IMG/VR virus record: IMGVR_UViG_3300032272_000066
Location: 1 to 25,482 of that record
Reading direction: 5' to 3' (one strand)
DNA length: 25,482 nt
From: a virus
Lineage: Duplodnaviria; Caudoviricetes
The notes under the pieces were generated by a model. The model was not told the DNA's origin, did not search any database, and saw only the letters and a list, made by a program, of their open reading frames with translations. Position 1 is the first letter of the stretch. The number at the start of each line of letters is the position of its first letter. This document shows, in pieces, positions 1-8,322 of the stretch. The position numbers and the translations under genes were made by a program.

Positions 1-648
1 GCATCCAGAGAAGAAATTACAATAGCAAAATCTGACGGAAACGCAGGATGGGGAAAATATGAAGGATTTGATGAATTAAATTTTAGTAGCACAATTTCAA
101 ATCCAGATACAGGACAACCCTTTGAAATTAATTACACAAACCCTCCTCTATTAGATTATGGACATAATAGTAATGCAGAAACAAGGTTATTAAATCCTAA
201 CGATTTTTCAAGCCCTTTTATAGATGGTAATTCAATAGCAGGAAACTCATTAACTGGAGGAGTAGTTTTAAAAGAAGGTTTTGGAAATTATACAGGAGGC
301 TACATTTTTAGTGATTATACACGAGGATGGTTAAATATAGCAATGAATGGATTTGATTTTACTATAAATTTTGCATCAGAAGGTACAGTAAATTCAGCAG
401 TAGACATTACACAATTAAGCGATGGTAGTGTATTGGTGGTTAAATTATTCGGAGGTATAGATAGGATATCATTTGATGGTAATTTAAGTACACCAGACCA
501 TGAGTTTAATTACGATTTAGCAACGGTTAAATATTTCACAATGCTAGGTGTAGAGCTTAAAGATATCAGTAATGCAGCAAGTGGTATTTATATAGTAGAA
601 TATTACTATAACAATCAGTACAAACGTAAAATAATCCCCAAGTTATGA
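1..648 (+). CDS. C-terminal part of a PQQ-dependent sugar dehydrogenase (glucose/sorbosone dehydrogenase-like) beta-propeller protein with a T9SS type-A-like C-terminal domain; 5' partial
   Basis: Frame 1 is open from base 1 to TGA 648, so the 343 start in the track is internal. Motifs REEITIAKSDGNAGWGKYEG, LDYGH, GNSLTGGVV, YIFSDYTRGWL and VDITQLSDGSVLV match the GSDH pattern EEIN..G.NYGW...EG / G.SITGG / Y.F.DY..GWI. The tail YFTMLG..ASGIYIVE..KRKII resembles a T9SS CTD. Confidence 0.75.
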   Translation, partial: ASREEITIAKSDGNAGWGKYEGFDELNFSSTISNPDTGQPFEINYTNPPLLDYGHNSNAETRLLNPNDFSSPFIDGNSIAGNSLTGGVVLKEGFGNYTGGYIFSDYTRGWLNIAMNGFDFTINFASEGTVNSAVDITQLSDGSVLVVKLFGGIDRISFDGNLSTPDHEFNYDLATVKYFTMLGVELKDISNAASGIYIVEYYYNNQYKRKIIPKL

Positions 649-836
649 AAACAAAAATATTATCAACTCTAGGTTTTGCTTCTTGGAGCTTGTCGGTTTT
701 AGAATTAGTTAGTTATGGAGTTGGTTTAATAGGAGCAATACTCTTTGCTTTGGCTCAATTCTATGCTTTTAAAAAAAACAAAACAGCAGCAGAGAACGAA
801 AAAAGGAAACAAAAATATTACGAAAATGAAAAATAG
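645..836 (+). CDS. Putative holin (small membrane protein)
   Basis: 63 aa, hydrophobic segment(s) followed by a highly charged C-terminus. Overlaps the upstream gene (ATGA) and lies directly before the endolysin. Confidence 0.6.
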   Translation: MKTKILSTLGFASWSLSVLELVSYGVGLIGAILFALAQFYAFKKNKTAAENEKRKQKYYENEK

Positions 837-1383
837 AGCAATTACATTAATAGTTGGGATAGTGCTTACTGCTGGAGGCTATATTATTAATAATTACACA
901 GGTAATGATATTGTTTTAGATAATGGAGAAACAATTGAAACCAAAGAATTATCATCTCACCTATATAATAAGTATAGAGACAGAGAGGTGGACACTGTAA
1001 CTGTGTACTTACATCATACAGTAACTGATAATGATGCTACAATTGAGAAAATAAATCAAATACACGTTAATAAAGGTTGGGAAAAATTATCCTATCATAT
1101 TGTTAATAGACATGATGGTGAAATTAACATAATAAATGATTTTACTAAATACACTTACCATACTAAGGGAAAAAACAAAAAAGGTATTGCAATAGCTTTA
1201 ATAGGTAATTATGAGCTAGAAAAACCTTCAGATAAAATTATAGAATCTACTAGGTTTATTATAGACATAATTTGCAATCTACCCAATTTATATGTTGAAA
1301 GCATTAAAGGACACAAAGACGTTAAAGCAACCTTGTGTCCAGGGAAATATGCTTATGAAGAATTTCAAGATTTATTTTTCTGA
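826..1383 (+). CDS. Endolysin, N-acetylmuramoyl-L-alanine amidase (Amidase_2/PGRP-like) with N-terminal signal anchor
   Basis: Zn-amidase motifs YLHHT, LSYH, YHTKGKN, GIAIALIGNY, GHKD and TLCPG. Likely start is ATG 826 (MKNRAITLIVGIVLTAGGY) rather than TTG 745. Confidence 0.9.
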   Translation: MKNRAITLIVGIVLTAGGYIINNYTGNDIVLDNGETIETKELSSHLYNKYRDREVDTVTVYLHHTVTDNDATIEKINQIHVNKGWEKLSYHIVNRHDGEINIINDFTKYTYHTKGKNKKGIAIALIGNYELEKPSDKIIESTRFIIDIICNLPNLYVESIKGHKDVKATLCPGKYAYEEFQDLFF

Positions 1384-1385
1384 TT

Positions 1386-1643
1386 ATGGAAGTTAAATTA
1401 AACTTAGTAGAGAGCATTGATGATGTCAAGAACCCAGGTGATGCTATAACGGTAATTGGAAGAGAAAATAAATTACAACTAATAACTTGCTGTCCACAAT
1501 GCGGAAAAGTTTCAGCTTCAGCTGGCAACCATGTTTATACACCAGAAACAAAATCATATCATCCATCAATAGTTCATGATAAAAAACTAGGTGGTTGTGG
1601 ATGGCATGGATGGTTAAAGAATGGAGTTTTTAAAAGCTGTTGA
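1386..1643 (+). CDS. DUF6527-like small Cys/His (Zn-binding) protein
   Basis: CCPQCG...YHPSIVH...GCGWHGWLKNG pattern. Confidence 0.6.
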   Translation: MEVKLNLVESIDDVKNPGDAITVIGRENKLQLITCCPQCGKVSASAGNHVYTPETKSYHPSIVHDKKLGGCGWHGWLKNGVFKSC

Positions 1644-1646
1644 ATT

Positions 1647-1931
1647 ATGAAAAAAATTAATGAGTTAAGCCTAAAATATTGTAAACACATTCCTGAAAAA
1701 ATAGAAGAGGGGATATTATATATATCAAAAGAATTTGGAGTTGCTATTCATTTGTGTGCTTGTGGTTGTCAAGGAAAAACAGTCACACCTATTGAAAAGA
1801 ATGACAAAGGGTGGACTATTTTAGAAAAAGACGGCTTGATTACATTAAGACCTTCTATAGGTAATTTTAGTGGAGAAAAACCGTATCACGCTCATTATTA
1901 TATTACAAACAATAAAATTGATTGGCTTTAA
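1647..1931 (+). CDS. DUF6527 family protein
   Basis: IPEKIEEGILYISKEF-AIHLCACGC-VTPI-W-ITLRPSIGNF-HYYITNNKIDW follows the DUF6527 consensus as I recall it. Confidence 0.75.
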   Translation: MKKINELSLKYCKHIPEKIEEGILYISKEFGVAIHLCACGCQGKTVTPIEKNDKGWTILEKDGLITLRPSIGNFSGEKPYHAHYYITNNKIDWL

Positions 1932-2004
1932 TGCAACTTAACAGTGAACAAATAAAGGAATTATTAATAGAGTTCCATTTTGAGGTGCTCACAAATCAAA
2001 TATT

Positions 2005-2253
2005 ATGATATCAGATTTTATTAAAGATTATGGCATTGCGGCTTTATTAATATTAGCAGCTTGTCTTTTAGGAATATTCAACATCGGAATATTAGGCTAT
2101 AAATTTACTGCAGTAACATTATTTGTATTTATAGCAGTGGTGTATTTAATGTTTCACGTTCCTACACTTTGGATTATAATCAAGGCTTTTCTTGCCAATA
2201 CATTAAATCCTATTTGGAGCTTCATTCAATCCATATGGAAATCAAAAGAATAA
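2005..2253 (+). CDS. Small membrane protein in the lysis cassette (second holin/antiholin candidate)
   Basis: 82 aa, two clear hydrophobic helices plus an amphipathic C-terminal helix. Confidence 0.55.
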   Translation: MISDFIKDYGIAALLILAACLLGIFNIGILGYKFTAVTLFVFIAVVYLMFHVPTLWIIIKAFLANTLNPIWSFIQSIWKSKE

Positions 2254-2258
2254 AAATT

Positions 2259-2328
2259 AAAGAGCAGCTTGATTAGTAGATTATTTAGGGAGGTAATTTA
2301 TTTGGTTGGTTAGAGGCTGCTCTTTTTT
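2259..2328 (+). other. Long-loop inverted repeat followed by a T-tract (terminator-like or small structured RNA)
   Basis: AAAGAGCAGC (2259-2268) pairs with GCTGCTCTTT (2316-2325) around a 47-nt loop; the T run ends at 2328. Confidence 0.5.
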
Positions 2329-2334
2329 ATCATT

Positions 2335-2955
2335 ATGAAAAAAGCAATATACATAGTAATCGTAATTTCATTATTTAGCTGCAGAGTAGCTAAAAAAGAA
2401 TGGGTCCAGGACAACTTCACAGAAAAAGCAACTATTAATAAATCCTTGATAGTTCAAGACAGTGTTTTTAAATCTGAAATCCTTAAAATCGAAACATCTG
2501 TATCAGAATTAGAAACATCTGTATCTAATATCGAAACTTCTAGCGCTTCAGAAGCCTCAAATGAAAGCACTACAGTTTCAGGATCTATTAAGGCAGAAGA
2601 CGGCAAAGAAAAAAGCGTTACCATTGGTAATACTACCATAAAAAGTAATGGAGCTAATGTGAGTTTTGAAACCACATCAAGCAAATCATTAACTAAAGAA
2701 TTTGAAACCAAGTACCAGGAACTAAATAAAATACTCCAGTCTGAAAAAGAATTTAACCAATCGCTAGAATCAGAACTCACTTCACTTAAAAGTGAATTTT
2801 CAAATTTCAAATCTACATATGAAAGTGAGAAAACATCTAAAACAAAAACAGTCACAAAGCGAGGTTCTACGTTTAGTGTTTGGCTTATGATTATTCTTGT
2901 GTTGATTGGAACAGCAATCTTTTGGTGGTTCAGGAAACGAATTCCGTTTCTTTAA
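2335..2955 (+). CDS. Putative unimolecular spanin (lipoprotein with C-terminal TM anchor)
   Basis: Signal peptide with lipobox SLFS-C, a Ser/Thr/Glu-rich coiled-coil/beta periplasmic part and a C-terminal TM VWLMIILVLIGTAIFWWF-RKR. Last gene of the lysis cassette. Confidence 0.7.
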   Translation: MKKAIYIVIVISLFSCRVAKKEWVQDNFTEKATINKSLIVQDSVFKSEILKIETSVSELETSVSNIETSSASEASNESTTVSGSIKAEDGKEKSVTIGNTTIKSNGANVSFETTSSKSLTKEFETKYQELNKILQSEKEFNQSLESELTSLKSEFSNFKSTYESEKTSKTKTVTKRGSTFSVWLMIILVLIGTAIFWWFRKRIPFL

Positions 2956-2957
2956 GA

Positions 2958-2984
2958 AATGTCACATATAGTATATATGACATT
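2958..2984. repeat. 27-bp near-perfect palindrome
   Basis: AATGTCA-C-ATATA-G-TATAT-A-TGACATT, one C/A mismatch, immediately after the spanin stop codon. Confidence 0.8.
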
Positions 2985-3109
2985 AAAGTGTTTGGTTTAT
3001 AGTTTAATGCAAATTTACAATGCAATAGTTAAGATAAGGAACACTTGCACTTAGTGTACTTTGCTGCCGAAAATTAAGGCTAAGCCTATAAAATACCAAA
3101 AACACTTCC

Positions 3110-3151
3110 AAGTCACGTCACAATTACAAACATTATTAGTGCTTTCATTTG
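3110..3151 (+). promoter_or_regulatory. Putative late promoter, copy 1 (protease/capsid operon)
   Basis: AAGTCACGTCACAATT (3110-3125) + 17 nt + TTTCATTTG (3143-3151); ATG at 3166. Confidence 0.8.
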
Positions 3152-3165
3152 TGTAAACGCTCATA

Positions 3166-4026
3166 ATGAAGACAAATAAGCTTATCAACGAAATAACTAA
3201 AGGTATCTGGTTAATGAATATTCATCAACTAGACGCTTATTTACCAATAGTTAAGAATGTCTTAAAAGGAAAAATGGTTTTCCCTGAAGGAAAAGCAGAT
3301 CCTGTTTCTTTCATGTATGCAGGAAATACTGAAGAACCTACTCCATTAAAAGCTGATGATTCTGATACAGCTCAACAAATAGCTTTAATAAATATGATTG
3401 GTCCTATAATGAAATATGGAGACATGTGTACTTATGGAGCAGACGAAATTAGTGCAGCACTTCATCATGCTAATAATGATGATAAGGTAAAAGGGATTGT
3501 TATGTATATAGATGGTCCAGGAGGATCTACATCTGCTATTTCGCCATTTGAGACTTTTGCTGAAGAAAAAAAGAAGCCCTTAGTTGTTTTAGCAGATAGC
3601 TGTTACAGTTTACACTATTGGACAGCATGTGTAGTAGCAGATCACATTATGGCAGACAATAACATTTCTTCAGGTTTTGGAAGCGTTGGTGTGCTAGCAA
3701 GCTTTATGGACGCAAGAGGATACTATGAGAAGAAAGGCGCAAAAGTACATGAGATTTACTCAGACCATAGTGAGCATAAAAACGAAGCCTTTAGATTAGC
3801 CCTTGAAGGCAAATACGATAAAATTAAACAATCGGATTTAAATCCGATAGCTCTTAAATTTCAAAAAGCTGTGAGAGCAGCTCGTCCAAATTTAAAAGAA
3901 GAAAAAGGTGTGCTTTCAGGAGCTACATTTTATGCTGACGAAGCATTAAGGTTAGGAATGATTGACAGTATTGGCAATTTAAAACTAGCCATTCAATTAG
4001 TGAATGCATTAGCAGAATTTAAATAA
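3166..4026 (+). CDS. S49 (SppA/ClpP-fold) prohead protease
   Basis: GIVMYIDGPGGS, CYSLHYW (catalytic Ser position), GSVGV, HKN and ALRLGMIDSIG; directly upstream of the capsid gene. Confidence 0.9.
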   Translation: MKTNKLINEITKGIWLMNIHQLDAYLPIVKNVLKGKMVFPEGKADPVSFMYAGNTEEPTPLKADDSDTAQQIALINMIGPIMKYGDMCTYGADEISAALHHANNDDKVKGIVMYIDGPGGSTSAISPFETFAEEKKKPLVVLADSCYSLHYWTACVVADHIMADNNISSGFGSVGVLASFMDARGYYEKKGAKVHEIYSDHSEHKNEAFRLALEGKYDKIKQSDLNPIALKFQKAVRAARPNLKEEKGVLSGATFYADEALRLGMIDSIGNLKLAIQLVNALAEFK

Positions 4027-4054
4027 ATAATTAATAATTAAAAAACCCAAAGTT

Positions 4055-6220
4055 ATGTGGAAAAAATTTCAAAACATGGCAACAGTGATGTTAGCGTTTT
4101 TAAATCTCAAGGAGATCCCAATTGAAGACGGCGCAATATCATTTAGCGCTGATCAAAAAAAACAACTTTCTGATGCATTAGGAGGCGCTGAACAGCTTGC
4201 TGAAATTGTAGAGGCAATGAATGGCGAGCTTGCTGATATTGCTGCAGAAAAAGCATCAGACGAAGATCAGGAGTTAAAAGACCTGAGAGAAGAAGCTCGA
4301 AAAATGTTAAAAGCTCATGGCTTATCAGATGAAGATGCTGATGCCTTAGTAGAAGATCCTACAAAAGCTTCAGGCGCTAGTGAAAAGCAATTATTAGCAG
4401 GATTAATCCAATCGCAAAAAGATATGAATGCAAAAATAGAAAAGCTCGTAAATGAGCCTGAAGCCGATGCGCCATTAGCAGAAGGAACCTTAAAAAATCT
4501 TAAAGCAATGCATAGTAAAACTCATTTTCTAGGATCTAGAAATATTTGGGATGCCTTTGATGGCAGAAACTGGAACCAGAGAGCAGCTGGAGTTTCTAAA
4601 ACTCCAACAGATTGGAGTGCAGAAAGCAAAGTGGAAATCCAAAAATTAAAAGACGATGTAGATTTATACTACAGAGAGAATCCTACCGAAGTAAACTCTT
4701 TACATAGAGATTTACTAGGATTACCTGGTTTTTGGAACATTCGTACCAATGTTGATGATAAGGTTGCAGATGGTAATATTGTTTCTGGAGAAATATCTCA
4801 AGCGCGTAAGTTAACATGGTTAGCAAAAAACAAGCAACTTATTCAGCCTGAAGAAAGTAAAATTTTTCCTGTTAATATTGACATTGAGCACCAAGGTTAT
4901 TATTTACAGCAAATTGAAGCAAGTTGGTTAAACTCATGGAATAGAGAAGGGTCTCAACCATACAAAATGAGTTTTGTTCGTTTCTTATTATCTGAATTAG
5001 ATAAAAAAGCACGTCAAGAAGACCGAAAAGTAGCTATTAATGGTGTTTATGTTAAAACTCCAGAAGATGCAACTGTTGCAGGAAGCGCTATAAATAGAGG
5101 TGACGGTTTACTAATTCAATTATGGAGAGCTTATTTTGTAGATTCTAAATTTAGAGTTGCAAATATTGGAGCTCCAACACTGGTAAATATAGTTGACTAT
5201 ATCGTTGAGCTAATTGAAAAGAACGTTCCTGAAGAATCTAAAAATACTGACGGTTTAGTTTTATATGTTTCTCCTACTTGGTTACGTCGTTACAAAAGTA
5301 GATATCGTCAATTATATGGCTTGGAAAATGACTTTTCTAAAGATGGTGTAATGGATATTGAAAACTATCCAAATGTACGTTTCCAAACTTTACGCGATTT
5401 AGAAGGATCAGACTTTATGTTCTTAACTTTTGATGATAACATTGAGCTTATGGAAAATGTACCAGGAGAAAAATCAATGTACAGATTTGATAGTTTAAAA
5501 CGTAACGTTTATATCTATGCAGATTATAAATGGGGAAGTCGCTTTAAGCATATTGGAACCACTGTTAAAGAGGGAGATCCAGATGCATTTAAAGTACAAA
5601 CTGTTTGGGCAAATATGGCACCATATTTACACGATACATTTGTGAGCTTATATGATGACACTACAGGTGTTGTGACAATACCTTATAGTAATATTGAAAC
5701 AAAAACTGGTTGGGCTACAGATATTACTGAGCTTAAAGGTTATTATGATGGGCAAATTGTAAGAATTAAAGGAGCTGCCTCAGGTGTTTCTGGTGTAGTA
5801 ACAGATGGAGCTAAATTTAATCTAACAGGTGATGTAGATTTTGATTTATCTAATGGAGGAACTCTTACTTTATTATCTAATGGAGATGGCACTTTTAATG
5901 AAATTAAAAGAACTGCAGCTCCTGAAGCAGACGCGCCAAGTGATATTGTGTTTACAAATGATACTGTTGATGCAGATGAAGGAAGTGTTTTTAAATGGAA
6001 TGGAGCCGCTAATGATGATTTAGCAGGTATATTAAATGGAGTTGAGAATTCTCAAACTATTACCATTTACGGAAGCGCTGGAGCAGAGACCTTAACTATC
6101 AATGATATTACAGGTAATGTAGAAGTGACTTCTGCTGCTGTTTTAGCAGTTGCTGGAGATTTTGTGAAGTTTGTGAAAATTGATGGTGTATGGACAGAAA
6201 TTGCACGTACAATAGCTTAA
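4055..6220 (+). CDS. Major capsid protein with N-terminal scaffold-like region and two C-terminal beta-domain repeats
   Basis: Follows the protease gene. Acidic helical N-terminal ~150 aa; capsid-like segments LDKKARQEDRKVAING..RGDGLL and LVLYVSPTWLRRY; own terminator downstream. Confidence 0.75.
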   Translation: MWKKFQNMATVMLAFLNLKEIPIEDGAISFSADQKKQLSDALGGAEQLAEIVEAMNGELADIAAEKASDEDQELKDLREEARKMLKAHGLSDEDADALVEDPTKASGASEKQLLAGLIQSQKDMNAKIEKLVNEPEADAPLAEGTLKNLKAMHSKTHFLGSRNIWDAFDGRNWNQRAAGVSKTPTDWSAESKVEIQKLKDDVDLYYRENPTEVNSLHRDLLGLPGFWNIRTNVDDKVADGNIVSGEISQARKLTWLAKNKQLIQPEESKIFPVNIDIEHQGYYLQQIEASWLNSWNREGSQPYKMSFVRFLLSELDKKARQEDRKVAINGVYVKTPEDATVAGSAINRGDGLLIQLWRAYFVDSKFRVANIGAPTLVNIVDYIVELIEKNVPEESKNTDGLVLYVSPTWLRRYKSRYRQLYGLENDFSKDGVMDIENYPNVRFQTLRDLEGSDFMFLTFDDNIELMENVPGEKSMYRFDSLKRNVYIYADYKWGSRFKHIGTTVKEGDPDAFKVQTVWANMAPYLHDTFVSLYDDTTGVVTIPYSNIETKTGWATDITELKGYYDGQIVRIKGAASGVSGVVTDGAKFNLTGDVDFDLSNGGTLTLLSNGDGTFNEIKRTAAPEADAPSDIVFTNDTVDADEGSVFKWNGAANDDLAGILNGVENSQTITIYGSAGAETLTINDITGNVEVTSAAVLAVAGDFVKFVKIDGVWTEIARTIA

Positions 6221-6245
6221 TGTTTAATCTTTAAAAAAATATATT

Positions 6246-7058
6246 ATGTATATACCAAAAAATATAGATAGTCCAAGTGTACCAGGTTCTGGTGCAGCGA
6301 CACCGAAAGATCCAAACGTTGCTATTATGAAGCGTGAAGATATATTATCATGGCCAGTGCGAAATGCAAATGGCGTGTTAATGGAAGGCGATTTCACTAT
6401 GAAATCTGGAAAGACAGCCATATATGTTTATATGACAGGAGTTAATCAAGCTCCTGGCTATGAAACTGAAGGTGATGTAGATATGGAAGGCGTTTTGCAA
6501 AAATTTCTTGGCACGCACCCAGGTGATACGCTTGATGCTCATGAGTTTTTCCAAAACAACTTAGGGCAAGACCTTATTGTTGTTTATGGTTCTTGTAGTG
6601 ATACTTCAAAAAGAGTGTATGGAACAAAATGTTCTCCTTTAAGAATTAAAAACGTTTTCAAAAGTGATAAAGATGGAAATCAGCACACGTTTACGTTTGA
6701 GCAAATCCAGAAAACAAGATTTGTTCCTGGATTCTATAATGGAAACATTCCTTATGCAGCTCCATTTGCTACAGATGTATCAATAGATATGACTAAAGCT
6801 AATGGTGAGCAGTACAAAGTGGAAGCGTTAGATATAACGGCTGCTATTACGGCATCGTCAATAGATCATGATCATGGTTCTATTATAACGCTTGTTGGTT
6901 CAGGTGGAGCAGATCCTGCAACACTAAGTATTGGAACTCAAGGAAGTGTTGATGTTGTTTTAACAGCACAATGGGTCGCATTGGAAAACGCAACAATCTC
7001 ATTAGAGGTGTTTGATGATGGCACTACAACCTATTTAATAGAAAAATCTAGAAGTTAG
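6246..7058 (+). CDS. Virion structural protein (possibly major tail/tube protein) with a C-terminal beta domain like those of the capsid protein
   Basis: Co-transcribed with the capsid gene. Beta-rich, Gly/Thr-rich, ends in LIEKSRS. The tube assignment is inference. Confidence 0.5.
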   Translation: MYIPKNIDSPSVPGSGAATPKDPNVAIMKREDILSWPVRNANGVLMEGDFTMKSGKTAIYVYMTGVNQAPGYETEGDVDMEGVLQKFLGTHPGDTLDAHEFFQNNLGQDLIVVYGSCSDTSKRVYGTKCSPLRIKNVFKSDKDGNQHTFTFEQIQKTRFVPGFYNGNIPYAAPFATDVSIDMTKANGEQYKVEALDITAAITASSIDHDHGSIITLVGSGGADPATLSIGTQGSVDVVLTAQWVALENATISLEVFDDGTTTYLIEKSRS

Positions 7059-7083
7059 TTTTTTTTTAGTTTGTTATGTGAAT

Positions 7084-7119
7084 AAAAAGAAGCTTGCAAT
7101 TGCAAGCTTCTTTTTTTTT
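7084..7119. terminator. Bidirectional intrinsic terminator (perfect 32-bp palindrome)
   Basis: AAAAAGAAGCTTGCAA|TTGCAAGCTTCTTTTT (7084-7115), T-tract to 7119. Confidence 0.9.
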
Positions 7120-7160
7120 AAGTCACGTCACAATTGCAATTATAAATAGCCTTTACATTG
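7120..7160 (+). promoter_or_regulatory. Putative late promoter, copy 2 (packaging operon)
   Basis: AAGTCACGTCACAATT (7120-7135) + 16 nt + TTTACATTG (7152-7160), directly after the terminator. Confidence 0.8.
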
Positions 7161-7194
7161 CTGTTCTATTAGTGACACAAAAAAACATACGTAT

Positions 7195-8322
7195 ATGAAA
7201 CCACAAGTTATTGAAGCGTTAAAAGGCAATGCTTCCAATCCGAAAAAGAAGTTTGCAGAATTATTTGAACTATATAGAAAGCATCCACATGCTACGTTTC
7301 AAATGAACAGACATTTTAATGCTGCAGGTTACTCTCCTACTCGATTACAAACTTTAGAGTATGAAGTAATGAAAGTGTATGATATAAAACCTAAAGAGCT
7401 TCACAGCGCTAAAATGAAAAAACCAGTAATTATACTTACTGGAGAAGAGCGTTTATTAAAAGTAGATTTTTCAGCTCCTGTTGATGTAATTAAACAAGAG
7501 CTTAAGGACCTTACTGAGTTTTCAAAACTAGATGAGTTATTACCTACACCTTTACCAATATTTGTAAAAGGTGCTGAAGGCAGTAAAGTAATGAAGCAAT
7601 GGCTAGTAGAAAAAGAGGTGCAGCACACCTTTACAAGAAAAGCCGATTTGTTAAAAATAGTTGAAGAAACTCAAGCAAGACTTACAGCTCACGCTTATGA
7701 TGAAGCTTTTAATAACTTAAATAAGGCACAGCAATCTTTACTAGATAAACCATTCGACTTAGCTACAGTAAATGCTGTTTCAGAACTATTTGTAAACGCT
7801 CCTGAAGAAGTAAAGCAAAGTATTAAGCTTCGTGATCAGTTTCAGTTTTTAGGAGAAGAAGATTGTCCTAATGAATTTAAAATTTTAGTAGCAGACAAGT
7901 ATACTGCATATAACAACTTTTTAGAGACAAGAGCTGAAGTAAAAGATTTAGTAGCTGCTGGAGCAACAAACGAAGACCTTTTTGAAGTTGCCAAAAAAGC
8001 TGTTGAGAATTATGAGCTTAACCTGGATATCTATGACGAATTGAATTATTACAATGAGCATAAAGAGATCTTAGGGAAGCATCCTATTTTTGAGAAAGTG
8101 ATGTTGCAGAAAAAAGTAAATGGATTATCTGGTGTAGATCTTGGTAAGCGTCAAGCTACTTTAAGAGCTAATATTAGTAGAGATAATAAAAAGCTGGAGG
8201 ACAAAAAAGTTACAGCTGCGAAAAAAGAAAACTTTGTAGCAAAGTTAGAAGGCTTCAAATCAGAATTAGTATTAGTAGACGCTCGTATTGCTAAAACTAA
8301 AGCTGCAAATGATAAAGAATAA
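7195..8322 (+). CDS. Hypothetical phage protein (helical, 375 aa)
   Basis: Long ORF with normal composition, first gene of the terminase operon. No recognisable domain. Confidence 0.8.
   Translation: MKPQVIEALKGNASNPKKKFAELFELYRKHPHATFQMNRHFNAAGYSPTRLQTLEYEVMKVYDIKPKELHSAKMKKPVIILTGEERLLKVDFSAPVDVIKQELKDLTEFSKLDELLPTPLPIFVKGAEGSKVMKQWLVEKEVQHTFTRKADLLKIVEETQARLTAHAYDEAFNNLNKAQQSLLDKPFDLATVNAVSELFVNAPEEVKQSIKLRDQFQFLGEEDCPNEFKILVADKYTAYNNFLETRAEVKDLVAAGATNEDLFEVAKKAVENYELNLDIYDELNYYNEHKEILGKHPIFEKVMLQKKVNGLSGVDLGKRQATLRANISRDNKKLEDKKVTAAKKENFVAKLEGFKSELVLVDARIAKTKAANDKE

Noticed and set aside
745-825. TTG-745 N-terminal extension of the endolysin
   Set aside because: It lies wholly inside the holin gene. 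ATG 826 gives a clean signal-anchor N-terminus.
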